Assembly: GCA_035285865.1 (NCBI GenBank)
Contig: JAYKHS010000008.1
Span: 1 to 32,810 of the forward strand
Source: Candidatus Sericytochromatia bacterium
GTDB taxonomy: Bacteria > Cyanobacteriota > Sericytochromatia > S15B-MN24 > VGJW01
Length of the DNA: 32,810 bases
Reading direction: 5' to 3'
The translations under genes were made by a program, and so were the position numbers. The notes under the pieces were generated by a model, which worked only from the letters and a program-made list of their open reading frames with translations, was not told the DNA's origin and ran no database searches. Shown here one piece after another: positions 16,522 through 25,680 of this stretch (within the stretch, counting starts at the first letter, position 1; every line of letters begins with the position of its first letter).

Positions 16522-17565
16522 ATGCGCGCCCTGGTTCTTCGTGTCCTGCTCGTCGCGGGCTTGCTGTTCCTGCCGGCGGTCCTGCTGGCCCTGCCGCAGG
16601 GCGAGTACCAGCTCGACGTGGCGATGACGATGCTGCTCTACGTGGCGTTGGCGCTCGGCCTGAATGTCACGGTAGGCCTCGCAGGCCTGCTGGACCTCGG
16701 GTACATTGCGTTCTTCGGACTCGGGGCCTATGCCACGGCAATCCTGATGCACGGCGGGCCTGCGCAGGCCGAGGCGTCCTGGGGGTGGTCCTACTGGATG
16801 GCCGTGCCTGCTGCCGTGGCCGTGGCTGGTCTCGCGGGCCTGGTCATCGGCCTGCCGACGCTGCGCCTGCGCGGCGATTACCTGGCCATCGTGACGCTGG
16901 CCTTCGGCCAGATCGCCAAGCTCACCGAGAACAACTGGGATGCCCTGACCAACGGCCCCCAGGGCATGGAGGTCGGCAAGCCGATCCTGTTCGGACTCGA
17001 GCTGCGGGCAGGGTGGCAGCTTTATTACATTTTGCTCTTGTTTGTTTTGCTGGTGTGGTGGTCTGTGCGCAATCTCAACAAGTCAGCAATTGGACGTGCG
17101 TGGGTAGCCATCCGCGAGGATGAGATCGCCGCGGCTTCCACGGGTGTCAACGTGCCGCGCGTCAAGCTGCTGGCCTTCGTGACGGGTGCGGCCATAGCCG
17201 GCCTCGTGGGCTCGTTCTTCGCCGTCAAGCAGGGTTTCGTCTCGCCCCCCTCGTTCGACTTCATCGAGACGGTGACCATCCTCGCCATGGTGGTTCTGGG
17301 GGGTATCGGCAGCCTGCCCGGTGTCATCCTGGGCGCTGGCCTGCTGGCGGCGCTGCCCGAGTTGCTCCGCAGCCTGCCCGGATTGCTGGGGCTCGAGGGT
17401 CAATTCGACGTCACGCCCTACCGGATGCTGCTATACGGGGCGGCGATGGTACTCATGATGGCGTGGCGGCCGGAGGGGCTTCTGCCTGACGCCCATCGTC
17501 GGGCCGAACTGCATCCCGAGGACCCCTCGGCGCTCCCGGACAAGACCGAGGAGGTGCGCGCGTGA
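16522..17565 (+). CDS. livM: BCAA ABC transporter permease
   Basis: GLNVTVGLAGLLDLGYIAFF, LRLRGDYLAIVTLAFG, GRAWVAIREDEIAA. Confidence 0.95.
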   Translation: MRALVLRVLLVAGLLFLPAVLLALPQGEYQLDVAMTMLLYVALALGLNVTVGLAGLLDLGYIAFFGLGAYATAILMHGGPAQAEASWGWSYWMAVPAAVAVAGLAGLVIGLPTLRLRGDYLAIVTLAFGQIAKLTENNWDALTNGPQGMEVGKPILFGLELRAGWQLYYILLLFVLLVWWSVRNLNKSAIGRAWVAIREDEIAAASTGVNVPRVKLLAFVTGAAIAGLVGSFFAVKQGFVSPPSFDFIETVTILAMVVLGGIGSLPGVILGAGLLAALPELLRSLPGLLGLEGQFDVTPYRMLLYGAAMVLMMAWRPEGLLPDAHRRAELHPEDPSALPDKTEEVRA

Positions 17566-18338
17566 CGGCGCCGGTCCTGCTCTCCCTGAGGGAGGTCACG
17601 CGGCACTTCGGGGGGCTGGTTGCCGTCGACAGGCTGAGCTTCGACGTTCCCGAAGGCGGCGTGTTCAGCGTCATCGGCCCCAACGGGGCAGGCAAGACCA
17701 CGGCCTTCAACCTGATCTCGGGCCTGGTGCCGCTGTCTTCCGGCGAACTCGCGTTCCGGGGGCAGGCGATTGCGGGCGCGAAGCCTTATCATCTGGCCGA
17801 ACTTGGCCTTGCGCGCACGTTCCAGAACATCCGGCTCTTCGGTGGGGCCACCGTCTGGGAGAATGTGGCCATCGCCGCCGCGTTACGGGCTCCGACGGGC
17901 TTCTTCCAGGCGATGTGGCGGCTGTCGGGCTTCACGGAGTCCCGCGAGGCGCAAGAGAAGGCGGCGCTCGAATGGCTCGACTTCGTAGGCCTTGTACACC
18001 TGCGCAACGAGCTCTCGCGCAACCTTGCCTACGGCCAGCAGCGTCGCCTCGAGATCGCGCGGGCGCTCGCCACCAAGCCGTCCTTGCTGTTGCTCGATGA
18101 ACCGGCTGCCGGCATGAACCCGCGTGAGACCGAGGACCTGGTCGCGCTCATCGGTCGGATCCGGGAGCTTGGCCTGACGGTTTTGCTCATCGAGCACGAC
18201 ATGCCACTCGTCATGCGCCTTTCCGACCGGATTGCCGTGATGAACTTCGGCCAGAAGATTGCCGAAGGCACGCCTGCCGAGGTCCAGGCCCACCCCGAGG
18301 TCATCCGGGCGTACCTGGGCGACGGAGACGAGGGATGA
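17562..18338 (+). CDS. livG: BCAA ABC transporter ATP-binding protein
   Basis: GPNGAGKT, RTFQNIRLF, LAYGQQRRLEIARAL, LLLDEPAAG. Confidence 0.95.
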   Translation: MTAPVLLSLREVTRHFGGLVAVDRLSFDVPEGGVFSVIGPNGAGKTTAFNLISGLVPLSSGELAFRGQAIAGAKPYHLAELGLARTFQNIRLFGGATVWENVAIAAALRAPTGFFQAMWRLSGFTESREAQEKAALEWLDFVGLVHLRNELSRNLAYGQQRRLEIARALATKPSLLLLDEPAAGMNPRETEDLVALIGRIRELGLTVLLIEHDMPLVMRLSDRIAVMNFGQKIAEGTPAEVQAHPEVIRAYLGDGDEG

Positions 18339-19066
18339 CGGCCATGGCACTGCTGCAACTTCGCGGCCTGACGGCACGCTACGGCAAGATTCAGGCGCTG
18401 TCGGACGTCACCCTCGACGTCGGCGCGGGCGAGATCGTCACCCTCATCGGAGCGAACGGTGCCGGCAAGAGCACGACGTTGCGGGCCATCACCCGCATGA
18501 TCACGACGACGACAGGCGGCATCCTCTTCGAGGGGCAGCCTCTCGACCGCCTGCGTGTCGCCGAGGTCACGGCTCGCGGAGTCATTCACGTCCCCGAGGG
18601 GCGGCGGGTGTTCGCGCGGATGTCGGTCCTCGAGAACCTCGAACTCGGGGCCTACCTGCGGACCGACAAGGCCGCCATCGCGCAGGACCTCGCGGCCCAG
18701 ATGGAGCGTTTCCCGATCCTGGGCCAGCGTCGCAACCAGCCTGCGGGGACCTTGTCGGGCGGCGAGCAGCAGATGCTGGCCATGGCGCGAGCCCTGATGG
18801 GACGCCCCCGTCTGTTGCTGCTGGACGAGCCCTCGATGGGCCTTGCCCCGCTCATCGTGAGGCAGATCATGCAGACCATCGTGGCCATCAATCGGGAAGG
18901 CATGCCGATCCTGCTGGTCGAGCAGAACGCGCGCCAGGCGCTCGCCATCGCGCACAGGGCTTACGTGCTGGAACACGGCAAGGTCGGGCTTTCGGGCACC
19001 GGGGCCGAGTTGCTCGCCTCGGAGGACGTGCGCCAGGCGTACCTGGGCGCGCATGCCCACGACTGA
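18335..19066 (+). CDS. livF: BCAA ABC transporter ATP-binding protein
   Basis: GANGAGKS, VPEGRRVF, LSGGEQQM, LDEPSMGLAP. Confidence 0.95.
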   Translation: MTAMALLQLRGLTARYGKIQALSDVTLDVGAGEIVTLIGANGAGKSTTLRAITRMITTTTGGILFEGQPLDRLRVAEVTARGVIHVPEGRRVFARMSVLENLELGAYLRTDKAAIAQDLAAQMERFPILGQRRNQPAGTLSGGEQQMLAMARALMGRPRLLLLDEPSMGLAPLIVRQIMQTIVAINREGMPILLVEQNARQALAIAHRAYVLEHGKVGLSGTGAELLASEDVRQAYLGAHAHD

Positions 19067-20279
19067 GGGCCGCCTCGCTGCGGCAGCCCGTCGCTTGGCC
19101 GGGGCGGAGGGCGTGGCCGAACTCTGGCCTTTGCTTCCGGAGGACACCTGGCTGGTCGGCGGCTGTGTCCGCGATGCCGTGCTGGGGCGGCCGCTGCATG
19201 ACGTGGATCTCGTGGTGCCGGAGCCGGTGGCTGCACTCTGCCGGGGCTTGGCGCGACGACTTGGCGCGACGCATGTGGTGCTCGACGAGGTCTTCGACAG
19301 CCATCGGCTGATCCTGGCCGGGGGGAGCCATGTCGATCTGACGCGCCAGCAGGGTGTCACTCTGGACGAGGACTTGAGGCGTCGCGACATGACCATCAAC
19401 GCGGTGGCCTTCCGATGGCCGTCGGATCGCGCGGTGGGGTACGGCTGTTGGCAGGATCCTTGCGGAGGCCTCGACGACATGGCGGCCGGCCGGCTCCGGT
19501 CGGCCGATCCCGAAAACTGGCGGGCAGACCCTTTGCGCCTCGTGCGCCTGTACCGGCTGGCTGCAGAACTGGGCTTCGCTCTGCCCGAGGACACGCGGGC
19601 CGAGGTGCGGTCCCTTGCGCCGCTGCTCGAAGCCGTGCCTGGCGAGCGGCTGTGGACCGAACTGCTTCGGCTGGTGGCGGCTGCCGATGGGGAGCGGTGC
19701 TGGCAGGCGATGGGCGAGGACGGGATGCTGGCAGGCCTCGGTTGGCCGGAGGCTGGACGTGCGTGGCGCGCCGCCGACCCCCCGTTGGCGCCCGTGGCAC
19801 GCATCCGCATCCAGGCCGTGGCTCCCGAGGCCGTGCTGGAACAGCTGGCGGATCGTTTGCGCTGGTCCCGCGCCGAGCGTCGGGGTGCCTTGGCTCTGGT
19901 GCGTGCGCTCGAGGGTTGGCAGGCTTTCCCCCCCGAGGGAGGTGTCTCCAGGCTGCGTTGGCTCTACAGATTGCGGGAAGCCCTGCGGCCTCTGGGGCTT
20001 GAGAGTGCCGCCGAGCTCCGGGCCGTGGCTGGTGGCGACCAGGCGCTTGCGTGCTGCCTCGCCGAGGTTGCCGACCCCGCGCTCAGGCCGTTGCAGCCCC
20101 CCTTGCTGCGCGGGGACCAGATCGTGGCGCGCTCGGGTCGGTTGCCGGGCCCGTGGCTGGGCCGCTTGCTGGAGGCGCTGGCCGAGGAGCAAGCCGTCGG
20201 CACCCTTGTGGATGCCGACGGCGCGTGGACCTGGGTCGAGGCCCGCCTTAGCGGAGCGTCGCCTGAAGGCGCTGCATGA
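19053..20279 (+). CDS. Class II tRNA nucleotidyltransferase, probably CC-adding type
   Basis: VGGCVRD..DVD, EDLRRRDMTINA and DPLRLVR motifs; flexible loop very short; no HD domain evident. Confidence 0.88.
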   Translation: MPTTEGRLAAAARRLAGAEGVAELWPLLPEDTWLVGGCVRDAVLGRPLHDVDLVVPEPVAALCRGLARRLGATHVVLDEVFDSHRLILAGGSHVDLTRQQGVTLDEDLRRRDMTINAVAFRWPSDRAVGYGCWQDPCGGLDDMAAGRLRSADPENWRADPLRLVRLYRLAAELGFALPEDTRAEVRSLAPLLEAVPGERLWTELLRLVAAADGERCWQAMGEDGMLAGLGWPEAGRAWRAADPPLAPVARIRIQAVAPEAVLEQLADRLRWSRAERRGALALVRALEGWQAFPPEGGVSRLRWLYRLREALRPLGLESAAELRAVAGGDQALACCLAEVADPALRPLQPPLLRGDQIVARSGRLPGPWLGRLLEALAEEQAVGTLVDADGAWTWVEARLSGASPEGAA

Positions 20280-22395
20280 CCACCTCGAGGGTGCGGCGGT
20301 CGGCGTACTCGTTCACGGCTGGCTGCCCGTTGGCTGCCAGATAGCGCTGGCTGATGCCGTTCGCCCGCTTGAAGGCGATGACGGCCTGTGCCGTGGCACC
20401 GTCGTACTGGCCGGAAGGCGAGACGGCATAGCCGAGGCGTCCGAGCGCGGCCTGCAGGTCGCGAATGGCGTCCGTCTGGGGTGAGCCGGGGCCCAGGGTG
20501 CCGTCCTGGGTGTAGCTGCGGATCTCGCCTTCGAACGCTGCCACGTTCGCTGCCGTCGCCAGCAGTCCGTACTGATTGGCCAACGCTTGCTGCCTCGCGT
20601 CGATGCCGCCGGAGGGCGTCGAGGGCATCGGGGCCGAGGGCGGAGTCGTGCTGGGCACGAGGCCCGAATCCGCGACGGGGATCATCGGGTTCGCCGCAGG
20701 GCGGGAGGGCGTGGGCGTCGGAGCCGGGCTACCGGTCGAAGGCACCATGCTGCCGACGGCCACGGGGATCATCGGATTGACCGGAGGAGCCGAGGGGGCC
20801 GGCGAGGGCACGAACGGAGCCTGGGGTTGCGTCGGCGGCTGGATCGGAGCCTGAGGCACCATCGGGGCTTGCGGCACGACGGGTGCGGCAGGCGCGGCCT
20901 GCAGCTTCTGGATCAGGCGCTGGAGGACCACCGGGCTGGCGTACTCGTTGATGGCCCACTGGCCGTCGGCTGCCTTGTAGGTCTGGCGCAGGCCCTCGGC
21001 CCGCTTGAAGGAGATGACGGCCTGGATCGTGGCGCCGTCGTACTGGCCCGTGACGGCGACGGGGAAGCCGAGGCGGGTGAGGGCCGTCTGCAGATCGCGG
21101 ACACCATCGGCCTTCCCGGTGCCGGGCCCGAGCGTGCCCTCGGCCTCATAGCCCTTGACCTCCGAGAGGAAGGCCTGGACGTTCTCGGCGGTTGCCAGCA
21201 GGCCATACTGCCGAGCGACGGCCTGGAAATCCGTCGCGCCGGGTGTGGCGGGCGGCTGGGTCGGTTGGGTCGGCGCCACAGGTGGTACGGGGGCGGGCGT
21301 GACGGGTGCAGGTGGCACGGGGGCCGGATTGGTCGGAGCAGGCTGCGTCGCGAGGGCGGACAGTTCACGCATGATCGACGCCAGCGTGTTGGGGTCGGCG
21401 TACTCGTTGATGGCCCACTGGCCATCGGCGGCCTTGTAGGACTGCTTGATGCCCCTCGCCTTCTTGTAGGCAATGACGGCCTGTCCGGTCGCGTCGTCCC
21501 ACGTCTTGCTGTCCGGGGCGGCGAACCCGAGCCGGCGCAGCGCGGCCTGCAGGTCGGCGACAGCCTGCTTCTGCGAGGTTCCGGGGCCGAGGGCTCCGCC
21601 AGCCTCGTAACCCTTGACCTCCGTCAGGAAGGCCTGGACGTTCTCGGCGGTGGCGAGGAGACCGTACTGGCGGGCAACGGCCTGGAAGTCGGTGGCACCG
21701 GGCGTTGCCGGAGGCTGCGGCACGGGCTGGGGTTGGGGAGTCGGCTGGGGCTGGGGCTGCGGCGCGGGCGAGCCCTGAAGGCGCGCCAGAATGGCCTGCA
21801 TCGTGCGGGGCTCCACGTACTCGTTGATGGCCCACTGCCCATCGGCACTGCGGTAGTTCTGCTGGATGCCGTTGTCGCGCTTGAAGCGCATCACCGCATC
21901 GGCCGTGGCTGCATCGAACTGGCCGTTGGCCTGCAGGGGATACCCGAGGCGCGCGAGGGCCGTCTGGAGGTCACGGACGGCTTCGGGGCTACCCGAGCCG
22001 GGGCCGATGACCTGCTGCTGCTGGTAGGATGCCACTTCGGCCCTGAAGGCCAGGATGTTCTCACGGGAGGGCCACAGCTTGTACTGCGTGGCAAGCGCCT
22101 GCTCCTCGGGGGACAGGGCAGGCTGGCCGGGCTGGGTCGGCTGCGCGGGCGGGGTCGCCGGCTTGCCGAAGAGGCCGGCAATCCAGTTGAAGATGCCGCG
22201 GAACAGCGAGACGATGCCGTTGACGATCGACGCGAAGACGTCTCCCGCGCCTTGGGGTGCCACGGCAGGCGGCTGCTGCTGGATGAGGTTCTGGTCGCCC
22301 GGGATCTGCCCCGGGGCGCCCGGCTGGGCCGGCATGCCGGCGCGGTTGTATCCGTACTGGGGGTTCGGCGAACCGCCGGGCGTTCCGGAAATCAT
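20248..22395 (-). CDS. Pro/Gln-rich protein with four peptidoglycan-binding (PGBD-like) repeat units
   Basis: Four copies of AVxDLQxALxRLGF/Y...AT..AV..F/YK...G, separated by Pro-rich linkers; no catalytic domain recognised. Confidence 0.85.
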   Translation of the reverse strand: MISGTPGGSPNPQYGYNRAGMPAQPGAPGQIPGDQNLIQQQPPAVAPQGAGDVFASIVNGIVSLFRGIFNWIAGLFGKPATPPAQPTQPGQPALSPEEQALATQYKLWPSRENILAFRAEVASYQQQQVIGPGSGSPEAVRDLQTALARLGYPLQANGQFDAATADAVMRFKRDNGIQQNYRSADGQWAINEYVEPRTMQAILARLQGSPAPQPQPQPTPQPQPVPQPPATPGATDFQAVARQYGLLATAENVQAFLTEVKGYEAGGALGPGTSQKQAVADLQAALRRLGFAAPDSKTWDDATGQAVIAYKKARGIKQSYKAADGQWAINEYADPNTLASIMRELSALATQPAPTNPAPVPPAPVTPAPVPPVAPTQPTQPPATPGATDFQAVARQYGLLATAENVQAFLSEVKGYEAEGTLGPGTGKADGVRDLQTALTRLGFPVAVTGQYDGATIQAVISFKRAEGLRQTYKAADGQWAINEYASPVVLQRLIQKLQAAPAAPVVPQAPMVPQAPIQPPTQPQAPFVPSPAPSAPPVNPMIPVAVGSMVPSTGSPAPTPTPSRPAANPMIPVADSGLVPSTTPPSAPMPSTPSGGIDARQQALANQYGLLATAANVAAFEGEIRSYTQDGTLGPGSPQTDAIRDLQAALGRLGYAVSPSGQYDGATAQAVIAFKRANGISQRYLAANGQPAVNEYADRRTLEVVMQRLQATLR
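20260..22105 (-). repeat. Four intragenic ~110-codon repeats (approx. 22105-21775, 21700-21360, 21240-20900, 20600-20260)
   Basis: Units 2 and 3 share QPPATPGATDFQAVARQYGLLATAENVQAFLxEVKGYEA. The DNA motif GTACTCGTTGATGGCCCACTG recurs near 20941, 21400 and 21817. Confidence 0.88.
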
Positions 22396-22532
22396 GCAGG
22401 GACCCTCGGGATGCAGGGGGAAAGGGGACTTGTCCAGTCTATAGGCTGCGCAAGGGCGCGGCCCGGTAAATCAGGACGGAAGAAGAGGTTAAGCTTCCCT
22501 GTGGATTGACGGCCGGCGGCCGAGGGAGTCCC

Positions 22533-25529
22533 ATGCCCGTCATGGGGGCGGAATCGAGCGGATGCGCGCGGGGGCGGGCCCCGGCGGGTACGCTGCGCGC
22601 CTGGGCTCTGGCGGTCGCCCTGGCGTTCTGCACGGGGGTTCTGAACCTGCCCGAGCCGTGCCGTGCCGCCACGCTGTACGACCCGGCGCTCGGCTGGCGG
22701 ACGCTGGCCACCGAGCACTTCCGCATCCACTATCCCGCAGCGGAGGAGCAGCGTGTCCAAGGCTACGCGCGAACGATGGAGCAGGTGCACCGCCGGCTGG
22801 TGGCGTGGCTCGGTGTCACGCCCTCGCAGCCGACGCAGGTGGTGTTGCTGGACCACGAGGATGTGGCCAACGGCTTCGCGCTGCCTCTGCCCAACAACGC
22901 GGTCTATGCCTACCTGACGCCGCCCGATGCGGACAAGCGCGAGTTCGGGTCCAACGCGTCCTGGTTCGAAGCCCTGTTCACCCATGAGTACACGCACGTC
23001 CTGCATTTCGAGACGACCGGCGGCCTGCCTGCCCTGGCGAATCGCATCCTTGGTCGGGTGCTGTACCCCAATCTCTCCCTGCCCTTCTGGATGTTCGAAG
23101 GCACGGCCGTCCTGGGGGAAACGGCCTTTTCGCAGGGGGGGCGCGGCGCAACGCCCTATTACGACATGGTGGCCCGGATGGCGGCACTGGCCGGTGATCT
23201 GCCCGGGTTGGATCGGGTCGGCTCCTACGGGGTCGGCCATTGGCCACAGGGCCTCGGCGTCTATGCCTTCGGGACGTTGTTCATGGAGTGGGCCGTCCTG
23301 CGGTGGGGGCCGGGCTTTCCGCGGCAACTGGCCGAAGCCTACGGCAGCGAACCGTGGCTGACGATCGAAGGGGTCTTTCGCAAGCAGACCGGTCTTTGGC
23401 TGTCCGAGGCTTGGGAGGCGTGGCGCTCCGACCAGCTCCGCCGGGCCACCCGCCAGCGCGACGCCTTGCTCGCGCAAGGCTCCCTGACGTCGTTCACGCG
23501 CGTGACGGACAAGGGCGTCCATCAACGCCGTCCCTTCCATCTTCCGGACGGGACGCTCGGTTGGCATGACTGGGACGGTCACGACTTTGCGCGCGTCGCG
23601 GGCGAAGCGGCATGGCCCGAGCGCCTGGCGCAGTGGGGCAAGGTCTTCGACACGCCGGTGCACCGCGATCCGGACGGCAATCGCCTGCTCTACACGGGCT
23701 TCGCGTCGCTCGATCGCTTCAGGCGTCATCGGGATCTCTTCGCGCTCGACCTGGCGGACGGGACCGTACGGCGTCTGACCCATGGGCTTCGGCTCGTCGA
23801 TGCCTTGCCGCTGCCCGGCGGACGGATCGTGGGGGTGGCCATCCGGGACGGTCGCCATGAGGTGGTGCGCTTGGACAGGGGAGGCAGCGTGCTGGGCTGG
23901 TCGGCCCTGCCCGAAGGCACCCAGCAGGCAGATGGCCTCGCGTGGGATGGCACGGCGGGTCGGGTGGTGGCCTCGCTTGCCGTCTCGGGAGTCCGGGACC
24001 TTTGGACCTGGACGCCGGGGGACGAGGCGTGGCGCCCGCTCACGCGCGATGCCGCGACAGACCATGATCCGTGCGTGGCCCCCGACGGTACGGTGTTGTA
24101 TGCCTCCGACCGGAACGGGGTCTGGAACCTCTACGCCCTGCCGCCCGGACAGTCCGCGTCCCTTCAGGTTACGCACGTGCTCGGGGGCGCGTTCGAGCCA
24201 GCCATTTCCCCGGATGGCCGGACGATTGCCTTCGTGCACTACGACGCCCGCGGCCACGACATCGTCACGGTGCCCTACGCGCCGTCATCCTGGCGACAGG
24301 TTCCGGGCCCCGTACAGGGTGTGCCCGACGGGGAGGGCGTCTTCGCCCCCCGTGCGGGAGGGGAAGCCGGGGCGGCGATCGCGGCCCACGTGGGCGTCGT
24401 GCGTGGGGCTCCCCCGGATGAGTCGGCGTGGCGCGTGGCCCCGTATGATCCCTTAGACTCGCTGCTTCCTAAGGCGTGGGTCGGCATCCTCGGCCAGGCC
24501 GACGAGGGTGGTGTCGGTGCAGGGGTGCAGTTGCTGGGCTCGGATGCCTTGCTGCAGCACGCACTCAGTCTGTCGCTGGGTGCCGGCCTGCTCAGCGGCC
24601 GCCCGTTCGCCGGGGTCTCCTGGACCTATGACGGGCTGCCGCCAACCATCGGCCTTGCTGCCGGCACAGGGACCCAACTCTACCCCGGTACGCCCGAGGA
24701 GGCCCGGTTGCAGGATCGGCTCGGGGTGTCCGTGACGCTGCCGGGTCTGCCCAGTCGCCTGCTGGCGATTCTGCGCCAGGACGGGGGATTCTGGACGTTG
24801 GCTGCCGATGCGGTCCGCAGCCGGGTCCTGCCCGGACGCGAGGCGTTGGTCAATCCGACGGATGGCCTGCCGATTCCGGGCACGACGACGACACTCTCCC
24901 TGCGGTACCAGTACGGGGACTCCCTGCGCTTCCTGCGATCCGTCTCGCCGGAGCTCGGTCGCCTGGCCGTTGCCGAGGTGACGATGTCGGATCCCCTCTG
25001 GGGTTCCGTCAGTCGGTACCTCAGGGTCGGAACGGAGGGCCGGGCCTTCGTCCGACTTCCGTGGCCGCATCACGTGCTCGCCTTGCGGGGGCTGGTCGCC
25101 GCGACGGAGGGGCCACAGGCCGGGCAGTTGGCCGTGGGGGGCTACGGTGCTTCCTCGGCGCTCGACAATGTGGACGTCCGGGCCATGGGAGACGTGCGCG
25201 CGCTTCCGGTCCGGGGCCATCCGGCACGGGCGGCCGGGCGCGTGGCGGGGGGCACCATGGAGTGGAGGATGCCCTTGTTCGAGGTGCAAGCCGGCCTCGG
25301 CATCCTGCCGGTCTTCGTCGATCGCCTCGCGGGTGCCCTGTTCGTCGACGGGGCCTGGTTCCGGTCCGACAACCGACCGGATGGCGCCTTCCTGGTCGGC
25401 GGGGGGGGCGAACTGCGCCTGAAGATGCAGGTCAGTTCCGTGCCCATCGAGTGGCGTCTGGGGGCGGCGATGCCCGTGCCGGAGGGTGGCGTGCCGCAGG
25501 TATTCCTGCAACTCGGGACGTTCTTCTGA
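22533..25529 (+). CDS. Outer-membrane fusion: HEXXH metallopeptidase + TolB-like (PD40) propeller + Omp85/BamA-like barrel
   Basis: WRTLATEHFRIHY, FTHEYTH...WMFEG, YASDRNGVWNLY, GAFEPAISPDG, LPVRGH (VRGY-like) and a C-terminal QLGTFF beta-signal. Start uncertain (22506/22533/22542). Confidence 0.85.
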   Translation: MPVMGAESSGCARGRAPAGTLRAWALAVALAFCTGVLNLPEPCRAATLYDPALGWRTLATEHFRIHYPAAEEQRVQGYARTMEQVHRRLVAWLGVTPSQPTQVVLLDHEDVANGFALPLPNNAVYAYLTPPDADKREFGSNASWFEALFTHEYTHVLHFETTGGLPALANRILGRVLYPNLSLPFWMFEGTAVLGETAFSQGGRGATPYYDMVARMAALAGDLPGLDRVGSYGVGHWPQGLGVYAFGTLFMEWAVLRWGPGFPRQLAEAYGSEPWLTIEGVFRKQTGLWLSEAWEAWRSDQLRRATRQRDALLAQGSLTSFTRVTDKGVHQRRPFHLPDGTLGWHDWDGHDFARVAGEAAWPERLAQWGKVFDTPVHRDPDGNRLLYTGFASLDRFRRHRDLFALDLADGTVRRLTHGLRLVDALPLPGGRIVGVAIRDGRHEVVRLDRGGSVLGWSALPEGTQQADGLAWDGTAGRVVASLAVSGVRDLWTWTPGDEAWRPLTRDAATDHDPCVAPDGTVLYASDRNGVWNLYALPPGQSASLQVTHVLGGAFEPAISPDGRTIAFVHYDARGHDIVTVPYAPSSWRQVPGPVQGVPDGEGVFAPRAGGEAGAAIAAHVGVVRGAPPDESAWRVAPYDPLDSLLPKAWVGILGQADEGGVGAGVQLLGSDALLQHALSLSLGAGLLSGRPFAGVSWTYDGLPPTIGLAAGTGTQLYPGTPEEARLQDRLGVSVTLPGLPSRLLAILRQDGGFWTLAADAVRSRVLPGREALVNPTDGLPIPGTTTTLSLRYQYGDSLRFLRSVSPELGRLAVAEVTMSDPLWGSVSRYLRVGTEGRAFVRLPWPHHVLALRGLVAATEGPQAGQLAVGGYGASSALDNVDVRAMGDVRALPVRGHPARAAGRVAGGTMEWRMPLFEVQAGLGILPVFVDRLAGALFVDGAWFRSDNRPDGAFLVGGGGELRLKMQVSSVPIEWRLGAAMPVPEGGVPQVFLQLGTFF

Positions 25530-25680
25530 CGGAAGAACCGCGTGCATCCGGTTCCCCCGGCCGGAGTCGCGGCCGCTTGCCGCGTCGTGACGATTCCCGG
25601 TCTGCAGGGCACAGAGGGTAGGTGCAGCCAACCGGTGGTCACGGCCACCCGTGCGTCCTTTTCCGGGAGTCCAAGGAAAC

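Noticed and set aside
14445..19810. Long minus-strand ORFs over the liv operon (14445..16124, 18029..19810)
   Set aside because: Antisense shadows of well-supported ABC transporter genes, with no motifs of their own.
20248..20279. 32-nt convergent overlap of the nucleotidyltransferase and PG-binding genes
   Set aside because: Short 3' overlaps are common in compact GC-rich genomes; nothing indicates a function.
20900..21850. Recurring 21-bp sequence GTACTCGTTGATGGCCCACTG as CRISPR repeats
   Set aside because: Spacing is over 400 bp and in frame within a repeat-domain protein; no cas genes.
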